A stretch of DNA of 63,040 nucleotides, counting the filler, from Choristocarpus tenellus KU-1152 (lineage: Eukaryota; Protista; Phaeophyceae): the NCBI GenBank assembly GCA_964200185.2. It is 13 parts of 13 records of this genome, joined end to end, with 100 filler letters (N's around TTAATTAATTAA, not from the genome) between each part and the next. Parts side by side here need not be neighbours in the genome. Positions count along the whole stretch, not along the records: positions 10,778 to 17,209 come from CAXNAD020008150.1; positions 17,310 to 24,624 come from CAXNAD020006347.1; positions 24,725 to 30,775 come from CAXNAD020009068.1; 10 more parts are not named here. The stretch is one strand, 5' to 3'. The translations under genes were made by a program, and so were the position numbers. The notes beneath the pieces were generated by a model. That model saw nothing but the letters and a program-made list of their open reading frames with translations, was not told the DNA's origin and did no database searches. Positions 12,453 to 26,301 of this stretch are shown here, in pieces; the first letter of the stretch is position 1, and every line of letters begins with the position of its first letter.

Positions 12453-15400
12453 CAATACAAACAGTAGTATGACATGATTCACCTGTAGGTGTGGTTTCTG
12501 TGTTGTTCACTTATACATTGAAAAATGAAAATTGTTGAAAAGGATTATCTTACTCTATTATATCTAAACTATAATTAACAGGATTTTGGGTTGTGGTTTT
12601 TGTTATTTTCTGTTTTTTTGCAATATGTTATTTTGTTTGTGGTTCTTTACTTTACATTCAAAACAAGTACTTGGAACTATTTATATATAGATTGAATAGC
12701 CCCTGACCAAGTTCGTATTAACCACTTGGTTTCTAGCTCCATAATCCCGAACAATTTAGATGAAGGACTCATATGGAACAATCCGAATGTGGAAAACAGG
12801 AGCACATGAAGTGAATGCATCATACAATGTAGTATACAACAGTACAGTAGTAGCAGTTGAAATTTGTATTGGTGTATGTATCGAGGAAATGTACAACAGT
12901 CAGTATTGTATACTGTTAAATGGGAAGTAACATAAAGCAAGAAACGTACGCCTTCCTAGCTGAGCCAATAAAACACCCAATGTCAACGAACCTTTTGATA
13001 TTCTTTATATATATCTTTGACAACTCTGATTAGTATCTTCTATCTCAAACGGATGGAAACAATATTCTTAAATATTACGAGATCTGAAAATTCGTTTGTT
13101 GGAATTATCAAATATATGAAAATGCTATGAAAATGTCGAAATCTGCACGGTAGAACTTTCATTCGATATATTTTCTCCTCCTTCCGTTTAAAACTCGTCA
13201 CCTTCTACTACTGTTGTAATTTGTCTGCAACGCACAAATCTTGGAGTCCATTATTCGCAAGAGGTGTATCTATTGTCACAGGTATGAAGAGAATTCAGGT
13301 CAGGGGAATGCAAGGTTTGTGTTGCGGGGTTGGGTAGTGTCTCTCATCCTACTTACAGGTTCTGAGGGCTACCCCACGAAATTTGCACTATATGGGGTGT
13401 CAGACTGAAGGTTGAAGCCGTCTCAATTCGTCTGTGCGCAGGGAATTAGGTATAAACTACCGACCATGGCGTCTGATGGACGGTTCGAAAATATGCCAAG
13501 CTCCGGAGATGTGCATCCTTCAACCACTAGGGCACGACGACCTTCGCGCCGGCAACGCGCTGAAATAGGTCATTCCGGAGAATATGTAAATATGAATGAG
13601 GATAGAAAGGAGGGAGCTGAACCTGGGATTCAGCATGGGGATAGTCAGCGTGATGAACGGTTTGTGGGACCAGGGGGTTCGATGAACGTTGTATCACGAG
13701 ATGCCCAGGCGAGTGTGTGATGAATACTTCCAATGAAAAAATGTTGCGTTGGGTTGGTTTCAAGGTATGCTTGCAATTGATGGCAGAAAAGACTTTCCTT
13801 GTGTCGGTGTTTGTCGTTGAACTTCCTTCTTAGTGATGATCGATACACCAGTGATACTGCATGACCCAAATCAATGGTTCGTCAAACTCTACAGACGATA
13901 TCCACTTGCATATTCCTGTTGCAACTCTCGGTGCAAAGGTGCAGTGACACATCTCATTTTCCCAGCCCGGAACCCTTCTTGATACGTCCCACTGTTCGCC
14001 TAACAGCGCACACCAGCTCCAGCACCACACTCAGCTCTGCAGGGACCAGATGTCCCTCCTCCACCACCCCCAGTTAGCGTATCAGCGGGTCAATACACCC
14101 GAAGACGCCTCCAGACTCCTGCGCATCCGGAAGGCCTTCCGAATAGAGCAGGTGGGCCAAGGGCTCCATCTGGAACAGGAGTCTCTTTACAGAGACAGGG
14201 ACAAGGACCCGTACTGTTATCACAGGGGGGTGGGAGTGGTTTGGGTGGTGCGACGCTGAAATCTCATGGAAAGGGGGCAGTTGTGGCAGGGGAAGAGCTC
14301 AGCAAAGACTCAAATGGAATGGACGGCGTTATGGGGTCGCCTGCGGGCATAGGAGGGGTGGTCAGAAAGAGGATTTCAGGGGAAGATCTGGAGGCTCAAC
14401 ATGCCGTTCGGGCAAAGGTATGTTTTCAAATTTAGGTGCTAACGCGAGATTAAAGGGGATTCGTGATATCTGTCTCCAATAATATTCAGCATATCTCGTG
14501 CTATTGATTCTAGCTCTCGCTCTAACACAACCCTCCCCACCTCGTTACTAGGGTGGGATAGTTGAAATATCTGCTGGGCATGGTAGAGGTCAGTGAACAA
14601 TTTGGCGTTTATTTTTTCTACTGTAGTATAATATCTGTCCTTGATATGTACTGGGTCACACCTTGTGTAAGACATCTGCATCCATAATTAGTATCTTAAA
14701 AAAAAAAACTTCCCTGTGTTCTTCCAGTGAAGGAAAGTTGTAAAACATATTTCTACACACTGGGTTTCTAAAAATCAAAATTTTAAATATTAAACCTTTT
14801 TGTTTGTGAAGCAGAGTGTAGCCTTTTGATCCATTATGGCATCATTGCGCCTCTCATATATTGCCAGCCTTCCCACTACATTGTTCTACTGACTGCAAAC
14901 ATCAGTGTGTGGCTAACAACTTGAGGCTGTTGTAGAGAGAGTTACAGTGTATAGTCATACAGAACTTACGCTTACTCTATCCCTTCTCTGGTCCCAACCA
15001 TGGTCAACCAAGAGGTCTGTTTAGCATATGTTTTCAGCTATGACTATACTATGTATCTGGTGGTGCCATGCACAACCTGTCATTATTTTGAAGTGATTCA
15101 TCCTTTTGGTTTGCCCATGCTATGTCTGGTAGATGATGGAACAAGACAAGCTTTCTCAAACCCTGGACATCACACATGTCCCAAAGTATATACCTGACCC
15201 TAACACTACCTGAGTTGTTACAACTTGGTTCAAACACAGAATAGCCAAGTGCTTGTGGTGAAATACTTTCATTACAACTCTGTTTATATGTGTATGTAAT
15301 TTTTTTGTTCATGTGTACAGCAACTTGGTTTTTGTTTGTTTTCTTGGCAAGATTTTGTGGATGGTGTTTGTATGAAGGTTTCTTCTCATACCTTCCTATG

Positions 15401-16694
15401 CATAAATTATGTTACATGATTACAGGTCAATGGAGGACCCTAGTGATTTGCTCATTAACACCTTTTCATAACACATTTTTAGTGTGTAGATGCCACCATT
15501 TTTCTTGGATGCAAATTACCAGGTACTCTAAAGCCCTATCATTTTAGCAAGTGCAACAGATTGTCATATTTGCTAAAACATATCTGAACATACGTGTTAT
15601 GAGGACTGTGACAATCTGTAGATTTGGTAAAAACAGTTGCTGAAGTAATGGAGGGATGAAGTTGTTAGGTGTCAATACATTGTAGCATGTTGTGTCTACC
15701 TACCAGATTGAATCACTCTATGGAAGGCGTCTTTGTTTTGAACCGCATTATGGGTGTGCTTGACGGATTGCTGGCATTGAAATATCCAACAGTGCGTACT
15801 CTTCACGAGGAACCTGTTGGTGGCAACTCCCCACTCTGATTTGTCCTACGGGAGGTTATCATTTGAGTGAGCGCACATATTATGACCACTGTTCTGAATT
15901 GTCTTAATTAAGATGGACACGAAAAATATTGCAATGAGCTGTGCTAAGAAGGAAATAGGATAGTATCATACCCTGAACTCACCGTAGCACCTGCAGGGCT
16001 CTCTCAAGAGTTGAAGCACTTGCTTTCGGATGCAGCATGGGTAGGTTATGGAGAAGGTGTCGCTTGTAAAGAAGGCACCTTGAACACGGGATCGAAGAGC
16101 CCCCTTTTCTTTTTTTGAAGTCAATTATTCTTGTCGATAAATTAGGATTTTAACCCTTCAAGGCAGAGGTTGTCGGTTGTCAGTTTCTCTTTGTCAAGTT
16201 TAGAGATTCAAAGTCTATTCTGCTTGAGAATTGTGTGAATTCTCCTCCGCGTATGAGACTCCATTCGATTCCATTGTGAAATCCCCTAAGGCTTGCTTGC
16301 AAGGTGAAGTTGTTGATCATGTCTTTACGATTTCTTAAAATGGTCACAGTCGTTGTGTTACTGAAAATTTCCGATTTTTGGATTGTATTGCATGGTGCAA
16401 TGGGAGGGAGTATTAGACTGGAGTGCTGTGTGGTAGCAGCGACATGCTCCCGTGACCTAACAATGGACTGGATGGTTTTCTTGTAAAGTTTTACTTTGCT
16501 GTTTGCTGCTGGTACTTCATTATCAGACTATTTCGTGCTGGTATTTTTTGGCATATTGTACCATTGATCTTGCCTGACCTGAAGGCCACCTGAAAGCAAT
16601 TATATCGGAGATAATACAGTACCCCTAAGTATATGCTGCACACATTTGAGGGGAGAGTCCCTTTGAATCAGAACTGAACTGAACCGACTGAGAT

Positions 16695-16912
16695 TTACAG
16701 TACGACTGTACGGCACCAGTATAGTGTAGTACAGTATAGTACAGTACCAGTACGGTACAGTACAGTATGGTACGGTACCAGTACAGTACAGCACAGTATG
16801 GTACGGTACCAGTACGGTACAACACAGTATGGTACGGTACAGCACAGTATGGTACGGTACCAGAACGGTACAGTACCAGTACGGTACAGCACAGTACAGT
16901 ACAGTACAGTAC
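16695..16912. repeat. Compound pentamer microsatellite (CAGTA/CGGTA/TGGTA)n
   Basis: Visible directly; explains the overlapping YCTV-rich ORFs on both strands. Confidence 0.95.
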
Positions 16913-18989
16913 ACCTACGCCTGCCCTTAACTGTAGATGTTTTCTCGCTTGTCTTCTCCTTTGGACTTTTTTGTGTTCTGTTCCAGGGTCCCCCACGCTA
17001 CCTGCGGCGCTTGAACTACTTCTCACAGAGCATTGTCCTGTCGTTCATTTTGATCACGTCCTCCATGTTTGTGTGGAAGGTAAGTCAAGGGTTTGGGATA
17101 GGGCCTAGGAGCTGAATCTTAACTTGGGTCGACTCCGCCATGTGGAGGTGCATTTGCCCATCTACTGTGGGTTAGGTCAGGGGGGGGGGCGGGGGGGAAT
17201 TGCTGGCGCNNNNNNNNNNNNNNNNNNNNNNNNNNNNNNNNNNNNNNNNNNNNTTAATTAATTAANNNNNNNNNNNNNNNNNNNNNNNNNNNNNNNNNNN
17301 NNNNNNNNNCTCCCCCCTAAATCTTTGGCATGTGTTGACAGAGGCTTACCCAAAGCTTATAGATTGGTGGAAGGAAGGGAGGTGCAACTTTACAAGTGCT
17401 CACCACGTCAAGTAGTTCTTTTGGGGGTTTCAGGTTGAACTTAAAGTGAGATTGTTCTTTTCGCGGACTTTATTGTTTACATGCCTTGCGAAATGTGTCG
17501 AACGCACAGGTTCGCACTGCCTGGATCAAAGGTTTCGTTTCTAGACTCCGTAGTTGTACCTTTACGGCGTCTGACTTTGTACGGCCTCAGGCAAATATTG
17601 TGGATTTTGGAGTTTACAACTGGAAGGGTAACCCTAATTCAAGACAAATGCATGGAAACGTTATCCTGGATTCAGACCATTCAACTTGATCAAGTCCAAA
17701 GTGTTCCTTCTCTTCCAAAATAGTGAATCAGCTTTGGTTCCATATTCGAGTTATCAATTTCATATTGGAACCAAAGCACACACCTCCTCATAAATATATT
17801 ACTTTACGCCGCGGAAAACATATTCCCACCCCCTCAACTCTTTTTCTGTATCAAAGCGAGGTTGACAATTTTTAACAAAAACAAATACCTAGCACGACAT
17901 ATGGTCCTCATCATACCGTGAAGGTGAACACCCCAATTCACGGCTGTGTTTTCCACACACTGTTATGGGGAGCTTTGGTAGTAACAGGATAAGACTGATA
18001 ATTTCCCCCTGACACATCTGCAAAATGTCAGAGGGCATAATAATAATATAAGACTGATAGTCTATAGTTTACACATACCATACGCGCGCACTATAACACA
18101 CATTCGAAACTTGGCCTAAGCACTACAGCTAACAAGGATACGATTCAGCCTCATTTTTAATCGTCCAAAGACTTTTCCTAGTGTTCCACAAAATTTCACA
18201 TAGACATTTAAACTATTATCAAGCCTGTGTCGCTGTGCGTTGGACCTCTGGAACAGATATCATTTGACCCAAACTGTGACATCCTTCTTTTCCATTGAGC
18301 TTTTACATACATACGAAAGTAGGCATGCTCTTATCAACAGCCTGTTTCCTTCATGGTGTCACTATGTTTAACATTAAGGGTTTCAACATAGTGTCACCGG
18401 TTTGTTGTTAATCGGTCACGTTGTTCCTAACCCTAAGTAATCAACGATTTAACGACTCTAAATCACACACCCTGTTTCCCGTGATACCCAAACCGACAGA
18501 TATCAATATACAAGCAGGTTATTGTATCATACATTTTTCATGCCGCGTTTCTCAACAAAATCTACCTACATTCCTTACTCGACCCACCCATCACCCAAAT
18601 GGACAGCTGTGAACCCAACAAGCCAACCACAACACTACCCTCATGTGGACATAATCAGGAAAATCGTCACATAGCCACTCAAGAAACATTATACTAACCC
18701 TTTGAAAATATGGAATTACAACAATATTACACACCATACAACAAATATTACCGCTAGGAGAACTCCAACTAATCCGACTAATCCAAAACCCGTCAGTCTC
18801 ACGCCTCCTCCCTATGGATTTAGACATTTGTTCACCTCACGAAGCACAAACCACCACTTAACCCTAATCAATGACCATTTCTTTCAATACTTCAATTCAA
18901 CAAAAGCACACGAAAATGGGCCTTTCGACCATGTACCAAAAAAACTAACCCCCTCATACAAGCAACTTATCCGAGGAACGTGATATGGT

Positions 18990-19040
18990 AAAATGGACAC
19001 CGAATGGACACCCTCCCCACCCCCCCAGATACTTTGGCCC
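18990..19040. mobile_element. Family B terminus (poly-C + AGATACTTTGGCCC)
   Basis: Same end motif at about 3709, 24760, 42526, 52101 and 59510; preceded by two AATGGACAC subterminal motifs. Confidence 0.75.
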
Positions 19041-20552
19041 TTCACTTTGAAAAATGTCACACAACCTGTTCCATTCCTCCTTCCTTACCAATGTTCATAC
19101 TGACGCACCATTCATGATATCAATATAATGGTTCATTGAGGGTAGATTAAATTGTGTGTAACCTTACCGAGGGCATATCGAATTTCACTGTTCTTGTCGA
19201 GTTCAGGTCAATCAGGGATGGCATGCACTCATTATTCATCGATATGATCAGTTTGAAAAAACCTGCTGCATATAAGGGTTTAAGGCATAACGTTCCTAGA
19301 AGGATTTTCCTGGTTACAGCATGCCTTTCTTATGCTTCTGCTCACCTCGGGTAAAAAAAACCTTTGCGGTTCTGTTGTCTGCGATTTCTTCATTTCATTT
19401 AGTGAATTGCTGGTTGTGTTGTTAAAAGTTTGAAAAAATACCAACACCATCTCGTATATTTCACAGACTTACACCGAAGGAAAACGAAACAGGGGGCTAC
19501 AAAGTGATACGACTGGGGCGTACTTCTTTGTGTATGTTTTGTTAGGAGACTGGCAACAAAAGAAGTGGTTGATCTCGTGATTGAACCAAAGCATGGATCT
19601 TCCCTAAGAATTAATTGAATAGATTAGAAATGTTTTCTCCCCAGAAACAAGCTTTGCCAAATCTGAGTCAACCGATAAAGCTATCAACAACGTCCACGAT
19701 GTATTCTTCTACATGCTAACTGCAGAGGTAAAAGCAGTAAATTGACACATGCCCGTTACAAAACTTGAAAAACCCATCCTTACATAAAAAAGACTGGAAA
19801 AAATGGTTGCGTCATTCGAACTGATCTGGCCAAAAAAATGTAATTCTGGTCCTTGCTACAATTCAAAACCTTTTCAATAGACATATGTTCTACCACAACT
19901 CAGAGAAAACACAATCCACCCTGCACTAAAAGGAGGCAATACACCTTCCTCGTACACATACAAAAACCTAGTAGTAAAAAGCTACATATCTTTCTCTCCA
20001 TAGTACTTGTAGCAAGGAATGCATACGCACACAACACACAGTCCTACGTGTAGTCCTGCTTGGGTATCTCGCCGCAAACAAATACCAACTAGACACAAAA
20101 ATGACAGCTTCGATCCATTGCAGAGATTCGATACCACTTCAAATGTTGTCCAGATCTTCAAACTCCTTCCCCTCTGATCGTCGAATGTTGAGTCTGGGCT
20201 TGAAATGAATTACGCAACTACTACTAATACTGATAACGTGCTTCTCACAAATCGAGCTCTATGCTGGCTAAGGCAACACATGCTTCGAAGTACAATACAA
20301 CATTAGAATATAAGACCCAATATAATAAGAAAAAAGATCGTGTAAGGTGCGTAAGGAACATAGGTCCATCCATAATCCTCGATACTTACCGTATTGTATG
20401 AGCCTTTCCAGATATCTAGTCAAGGATCCACCGAAGAAATATATATATATTCCACACATGCTACCTAAAACCTTCATATGGTCACATATATGCCACTTCC
20501 AGCCTCCAACTGCGAATAGCTTCCCCAAGTCGAGAAGGTGTAGACAAGAGGA

Positions 20553-22176
20553 TTATTCATAATCACAAGGCACCATGACAGCAATCTGAAACAGGGGAGA
20601 GATGGAGACACCGCAATCATTAGAGATTGGGCTTAGCATCAGCATTAGCATTAGCATGGCCATGCGGGCTAAGGGTGTGAATGGGACTTGGGTGAAGTTC
20701 CAAAAAAGTCGATCTCACAAAACTACTCCAAATACATACAATATAATCCATGACAGAAGAAAACTCTTCAGTAGTTGACTCATATATTACCTTCAAAATC
20801 CGTAACAAAAACTTCGAACGACAATGCTACATCTTGTTTAGTCAAAGCGTATTCCAGATTAGAACCCAGTGCACCATACCAGGTGTTGCGTGCTTTCGAC
20901 TCTACACCTAAAGCCCATACGTACAACTACAACATGGAGTGACCCACCTCGGTAATGCTGATCCACTCGTCATCGTCCAGATTGAGGGATTTGAAGGACA
21001 ATGTCCTGACCTTGGAGGCGTAGATGTCAAACCACTGATGATAACAGAAGAGAAATCCAGGAAAACAACAAGGGTACAAAAGACTTGACCATTAACATCG
21101 GTGAACGACGCAAGAGAAAGGTACTATCAACACGGGATGAAGCCAATCAATGTCCATCTCCCTACGCAGTATTTTCCCCACAACCAATACTGCGGCTCCA
21201 CATGTCTAGAGTGGGGGAGTCAACAGACTTCTGTGACATTTGCAAACTTGACGAGAATTGTGCTTTGTGTATTATGAGTAATCGGTAACAGAATTAAGTA
21301 GGCGGATAGACCTACCTCCAAGTCTCTGCTCATCCCGCTAGATGTGATCTCTCCAAGATGTTTTGACCCGTTCGCTACCACCTTCAACGTGCGCATCCTC
21401 TCCTTGCCCTTGTAAAAGGCTTCCAAAAGGGTACATCGACAAGATATTGAGTTGGGGACATTGTGCGAACGACGGTGTGCAACGTGCTGGAATTAGCTTT
21501 CAAGTTGTCCACGCTGAGGTACTACTACAAATTGTGTGTTCCATAACGTCAACGCAATACGCGACGCGCACGGCATGCGGGGCGTGCACGGGACAGTGAC
21601 ACACGATACACCGAGTAATACTCACATCAGCGTCTAGTGGACAAACGGCCAACGCAAGAGTACGGCAGAGAAGGGACTCACCAATGCCAACCTTGACGAC
21701 TTCTTGCCTCTCATCGAACACAAGTGTTAGCACGCACTGTTCACCATCTGCGATGTCTTCGCTGCACGACCAGCGAGACAAGTCTTTGATCCTTCCGTCC
21801 TGCATCCGATTGGGGGACGGGAGGGGAGTATTCGTGATTCCTATACTGTTGCCCAATGGTGCGTTGTTGGAGAGTATTGCCTACCTAGCGCGTGAGACTT
21901 GAGAGGTTATGATGCAGGTAGTGTATTAGAGAGAGAGAGAGAAAAAAAAACACCACAATCTAGTTCTGGAGAGTTACGAGTCGATAGGCAAATACTGACC
22001 ACAACGAATTCGGGCTTGCAGCCCTTTTTGTAGCAGCCTCCTTCCGTCCTGGGGCTCATGTCATAAGCCGAGGCCTTGACCTTCACATCGGTCACGTCCT
22101 GCACGAGTTCATACTCCGAACCAGACGTGATGCCGACGGTGGCAAGGAGAAGAGCAACGATGGCGAAGAACTTCAT
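20553..22176 (-). CDS. Secreted single-domain galactose-binding-like (CBM32/F5-8 type C-like) protein, 172 aa; exons 22176-22000, 21799-21682, 21419-21316, 21034-20948, 20585-20553
   Basis: Signal peptide MKFFAIVALLLATVGITSG. GT-AG exons join in frame to give DG..SRWSC...IAFYKGKER...TSSG...LE.F...EWISITE, the pattern of CBM32/F5-8C modules. Last exon (IAVMVPCDYE*) is less certain. Confidence 0.85.
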
Positions 22177-22568
22177 TTTCGCGAATGTTTCAAGAAGGAA
22201 GGAAGTTATGGTGTGAGTAAATTTGCTAGCCTGGGAGTGAGGTGGGGTATTGATAGTGGACTTCGAGTTCAAACGGTCTGACTCTTGTTGCTCTAGGTAC
22301 GTTCCTCAGAAATAGATCGAGATTTAAATCAAGATGGAAGTCTGGGGTTGTGTTTATGTAGGACTTCTGAAAATATAATTGTTCAGATCCTCAAATGTGC
22401 GAGTAAGTGTTCTATGTACGGAATTGGAGTGGTAAGATATGTGGAGGAAAGTGTGTGCAACAAAATATTTTCAATGACAGATGTGTTCAAGAGAAGAAAT
22501 GAATACACTAAACAGATCACTATCAAGTTCGAAGAATATAATTAAAGTATTGTACCTATATGATATGT

Positions 22569-22630
22569 ATATAGTTTTCATTGGTTTCCCCTTGACACAT
22601 CTGCAAAATGTCAGAGGGCATAATAATAAA
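22569..22630 (+). repeat. Family C ~65-bp hairpin repeat, full copy
   Basis: TATAGTTTTCATTGGTTTCCCC-TGACACATCTGCAAAATGTCA-GAGGGCATAATAATAA. Other copies at about 4278(-), 18002(+), 22640(-), 22980(-), 23601(+), 24543(-), 26659(-), 42332(-), 42553(+), 44280(-), 55817(+). Confidence 0.88.
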
Positions 22631-22739
22631 TATGGTGGTCTTTGACATTTCCTAGATGTGTCAGGGAAAAAGTCAAATCAATATCGTAAGAATTCCTGTA
22701 ATAGTAACAGTCGTATAAACGTGAATGGTGTTTTTCTAT

Positions 22740-22850
22740 CTACCTACTATTTGACTACCACCTGTGCTACACCACTCTCCTCCCAGCTTAGACCTACACC
22801 ACAGGCCGAGGAGGTAGGGAAGCATCCCAAGAGCCTATGTTGTAGTTCTT
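22740..22850 (-). mobile_element. 3' UTR-only fragment of the same non-LTR family
   Basis: TGCTACACC...CCTACACC.CAGG..GAGG.G.TAGG.A.GCATCCCA shared with 41840-41920. Confidence 0.55.
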
Positions 22851-22979
22851 GCTATTTGGGTGTTTACGGATAGGGACAGGTTTAGCGTTAGCGTTGTATA
22901 GGGATGTTTCCACTACCACCACTACTGTACAGGAAGTATATACTTTTGTAGTGAAGACTTTCATATACATCTATGTTTG

Positions 22980-23040
22980 TTATTATGCCCTCTGACATTT
23001 TGCAGATGTGTCAGAGGGGAAACCAATGAAAACTATATAT
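22980..23040 (-). repeat. Family C copy
   Basis: Reverse complement of 22569-22630. Confidence 0.88.
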
Positions 23041-23067
23041 ATATATCGTTGTTAGACCTAAAGAAAT

Positions 23068-23278
23068 AATACATCTATCATTCTACTTATATATACCCTT
23101 TTTGTAGTGAAAACTTACATATACATCATTCTACTTTATATATACTTTCTGTAGTGAAAACTTACATATACATTAATCATTCTACTTAATTGATATACTT
23201 TTTGTAGTGAAAACTTACATAATATACATGATTCTACATAATATATACTTTTTGTACTGAAAACATACATTTACATTA
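23068..23278. repeat. AT-rich ~40-bp minisatellite (about 5 units)
   Basis: TCATTCTACTT.ATATACTTTTTGTAGTGAAAACTTACATATACA repeated; one more partial unit at 22936-22972. Confidence 0.85.
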
Positions 23279-23600
23279 ATCGATCTACTTAGTAGTTGTT
23301 TGGACTACATTGTGTCTGTTCTTTCTTCCGTCTTCCATCTCCATAATTCTGTTTCTTTCCTTGGCAAGTACTACACATATATTCCTTCGTTCTCGTCTAG
23401 TATTTTTATTTCGACTTTGAAAAAAGAACACAGGAAGAACAAGTAACTTGTATGCTAATTTCTCCTCTTCTAACCTAAGGCATCTCCACATTATTCTCGA
23501 TCTTCATATTAATCTAACAGTTTTTTTCCCCTCTTCTTTCGGTACTTTGGTGCATTCTAAAGTCGGTAGCGCCTTTCAAGGCTGCCCTCAATATTGTGAA

Positions 23601-23660
23601 GTTTTCATTGGTTTTCCCCATGACAAATCTGGAAAATGTCAAAGGGCATAATAATAAAAT
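23601..23660 (+). repeat. Family C copy
   Basis: GTTTTCATTGGTTTTCCCCATGACAAATCTGGAAAATGTCAAAGGGCATAATAATAA. Confidence 0.85.
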
Positions 23661-24542
23661 ATATTTTGTGCATCAGTCAATGAACCAACCTATCTTAACT
23701 TACCACAAACATCAGTTTGAATTTCGTCCCGGTAGTGGTGTCATACTGACGAAACTCGCCTCCAAGTGGATAACACAACTCTGTCAAAGGGGCTCAGAAA
23801 CTCATTTGTTTGTGGCCACGTCTGTGTAATCTTCTACACGGTACCTGATCTACACTTCAGCTCGTCATTGCGGCGACCATCTACGGAATTTGTGGCACTG
23901 CGAATTCTGATGGAGATAATGAAACGAAGAAGCTGTGCTGTAATTGTCACACTCCCAATGACTACATTTCTGATGAAGAGAAGAGTGGCAAGGGCAATCG
24001 CGATGATGAGCTCATCGTTGTGTCAGTAACATCTCCTCCAACTAGAGAGAGACTTGTCGCCGACCACAAGTTGCAGCTGTTTAATACAGGGTCGGCTTTG
24101 GGGGAACGTTTTTAAAGCCTGGTGGTTGGGTCCAGTGCCTTGTCCGGGATACCAAAGTGCAAAGTGGAGCGTAAAGACGGTAACACACCAGGTGGCACTG
24201 ACAAAATGAGAATATTTTCTTTGGCTGAGAAAGGTGGTTTACCGAATTTACTGTCTAGGTAGGTGCAAGATGAACCACGACAACATAACCGAGAGTTGCA
24301 GTGCTGGTGTGAGTGTTTAATAGCTTCGCGCAGGAAAGGCTCGTTGCCAGAAGGTGTTGGTGGGTTACATGGCGAGAATACACTGTTTATTGTCCCATAG
24401 ACTTTTCTCTTCGCCATCCATTGTATCTGACATATGGTCAAGGACTTACTCATCATATCGATATGTACGTCACTACTCTGTACTGTACCTAACTAAAGAT
24501 AAACGTACATGAAACTGTGTTATGTGCTTGTATTGTATACTA

Positions 24543-24609
24543 TTTTATTATTATGCCCTCCGACATTTTGACGATGTGTCAGGGGGGAAACCAATGAAAA
24601 CTATATATA
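24543..24609 (-). repeat. Family C copy
   Basis: TTATTATTATGCCCTCCGACATTTTGACGATGTGTCAGGGGGGAAACCAATGAAAACTATA. Confidence 0.85.
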
Positions 24610-25550
24610 CGTCGATATTAGAGANNNNNNNNNNNNNNNNNNNNNNNNNNNNNNNNNNNNNNNNNNNNTTAATTAATTAANNNNNNNNNNNNNNNNNNNN
24701 NNNNNNNNNNNNNNNNNNNNNNNNTCCGTGTCCCCAAGTGACCCCCGGGGGTGAACTCCCCCCCCCCCCCCCCCAGATAATTTGAGCCAGTCCTGGGATA
24801 AAGGGAAATATACTGAACTTTGAATCCCTCTGAAACTTTTCAGGAGATCGTGTCACTAGTGCTAATAAACACCCAATAGATACGATGGCATTTACCATGT
24901 AGCCGTCTCTGCTTGAAGGAAACAATCCCATTTTCCAGCACTGCATAATCATACATTCGGAATGCCACTTGTATTGGTACCATTTTGAAGCACCAGTACA
25001 ATCAATGCCTACTGCCCGAATAAGTTCTGGGAAACCTGTGCGACTCCATGTTGTTGCTGGACTCTGAATTGCTAGCTCTCCCTTGCTGATCACCCTGCTG
25101 CCAAGTGATGTGTTGCAATTTGTACCACTGTGGACGATTTTGAGAAGCATGCTGTGCTTGCATTGCTACTGCCAGCCCGAAGACTCCCTAACACTTGGTT
25201 CTCTTCCGCCGGTGCTGTATATCATATCGACCCTCTCTGTGTGTGTCCGGACGGGTACTGTAGTTGGTGCTTCACACCACACAGGGAGGCATAATGTCGT
25301 TCTCCCACGCCATTGATGGGCTCGTTTGTGTTGCTCCGGTGACTCTAGTGGGGAAAATGATAAAGAGTTCGAAGTGGAAGTCAACCACGAAGTGTATGCA
25401 CTCTCTCTCTAACCCTAAAGCAAAAACATCTCTGTCCCGGTGAAGTGGTCGTTGTACGTAGGTGCACTGCCGGGGGGGGGGGGGGGGGTTCGGGGTGGGG
25501 GGGATTTGCCGGTGCATTTTTTTAAATGAGGGTCAAGGTTGTAAAGGGGG

Positions 25551-25591
<41 letters not shown>

Positions 25592-26301
25592 TGGATGAGC
25601 GTGATTTGCTGTTGCATTTTTTTCAATGAGAGTCAAAGTAGTAGAGAGGGGGGTTTGCCACTGAGTTTTTGATGGCCCCCTTCCTCTGTCATTCTGGTGG
25701 CACAGGTTTTTGGAGCACACAGTCCGCAGCGACGGATTGTATTTTTTGTGTTTTTTGTGTGCTCAATTGCAGAGGTACTACGTAAGTAGCAAGTGAGTTG
25801 TCCTTATCATGTCCTTACTTCAGCATCTTCCTCTTCTTTGCTTTAAAAAAAAACGTTGGAAAAGGAGGTTGTAAACTCAATACGGTCGAGGCAGGCACTC
25901 CTCTCAGTTAAGTTGACTCTGACCCCTGAGTCATGGAAAAAAAAAAAGAGGTCTCTTCCTGGGGGATTGGGAGGCTTAATAAAAAAAAAATGAGATTTTG
26001 GTCTTGTGGTGTATCCTCTTGGAGTTGTGTGTCCGTGATAACCGATGATGTGTGATTGCTGGTTAATGTGTGTGAGGTAATGAAGCACAATGGAGGCAAA
26101 CACCAATCCCCAGCCTCTCCTGGTGAGTAGAAATGGGTCCATCACGTGAGTTCACATGTGGTTGAGATATGAAAGGAGTAGAGGAACAACACTTCCACAC
26201 CATTTCCAATTCAAGCCCCTCCCCTCTCTCCCTGGAAGTCCACTGTATTGCTCCTCGATTTCCTTTTTTTTTATAGGCAACACCTCCCTCATGTAATGCA
26301 G

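Noticed and set aside
16600-17115. Cys/Tyr-rich proteins on both strands
   Set aside because: Translations of the (CAGTA)n microsatellite.
22569-23040. Single TIR element carrying cargo
   Set aside because: Not accepted as a feature because the right-hand repeat splits a minisatellite that continues outside, and many unpaired copies exist. Kept only as an alternative hypothesis.
23068-23278. CRISPR-like repeat-spacer array
   Set aside because: Head-to-tail AT-rich minisatellite without unique spacers; eukaryotic context and no cas genes.
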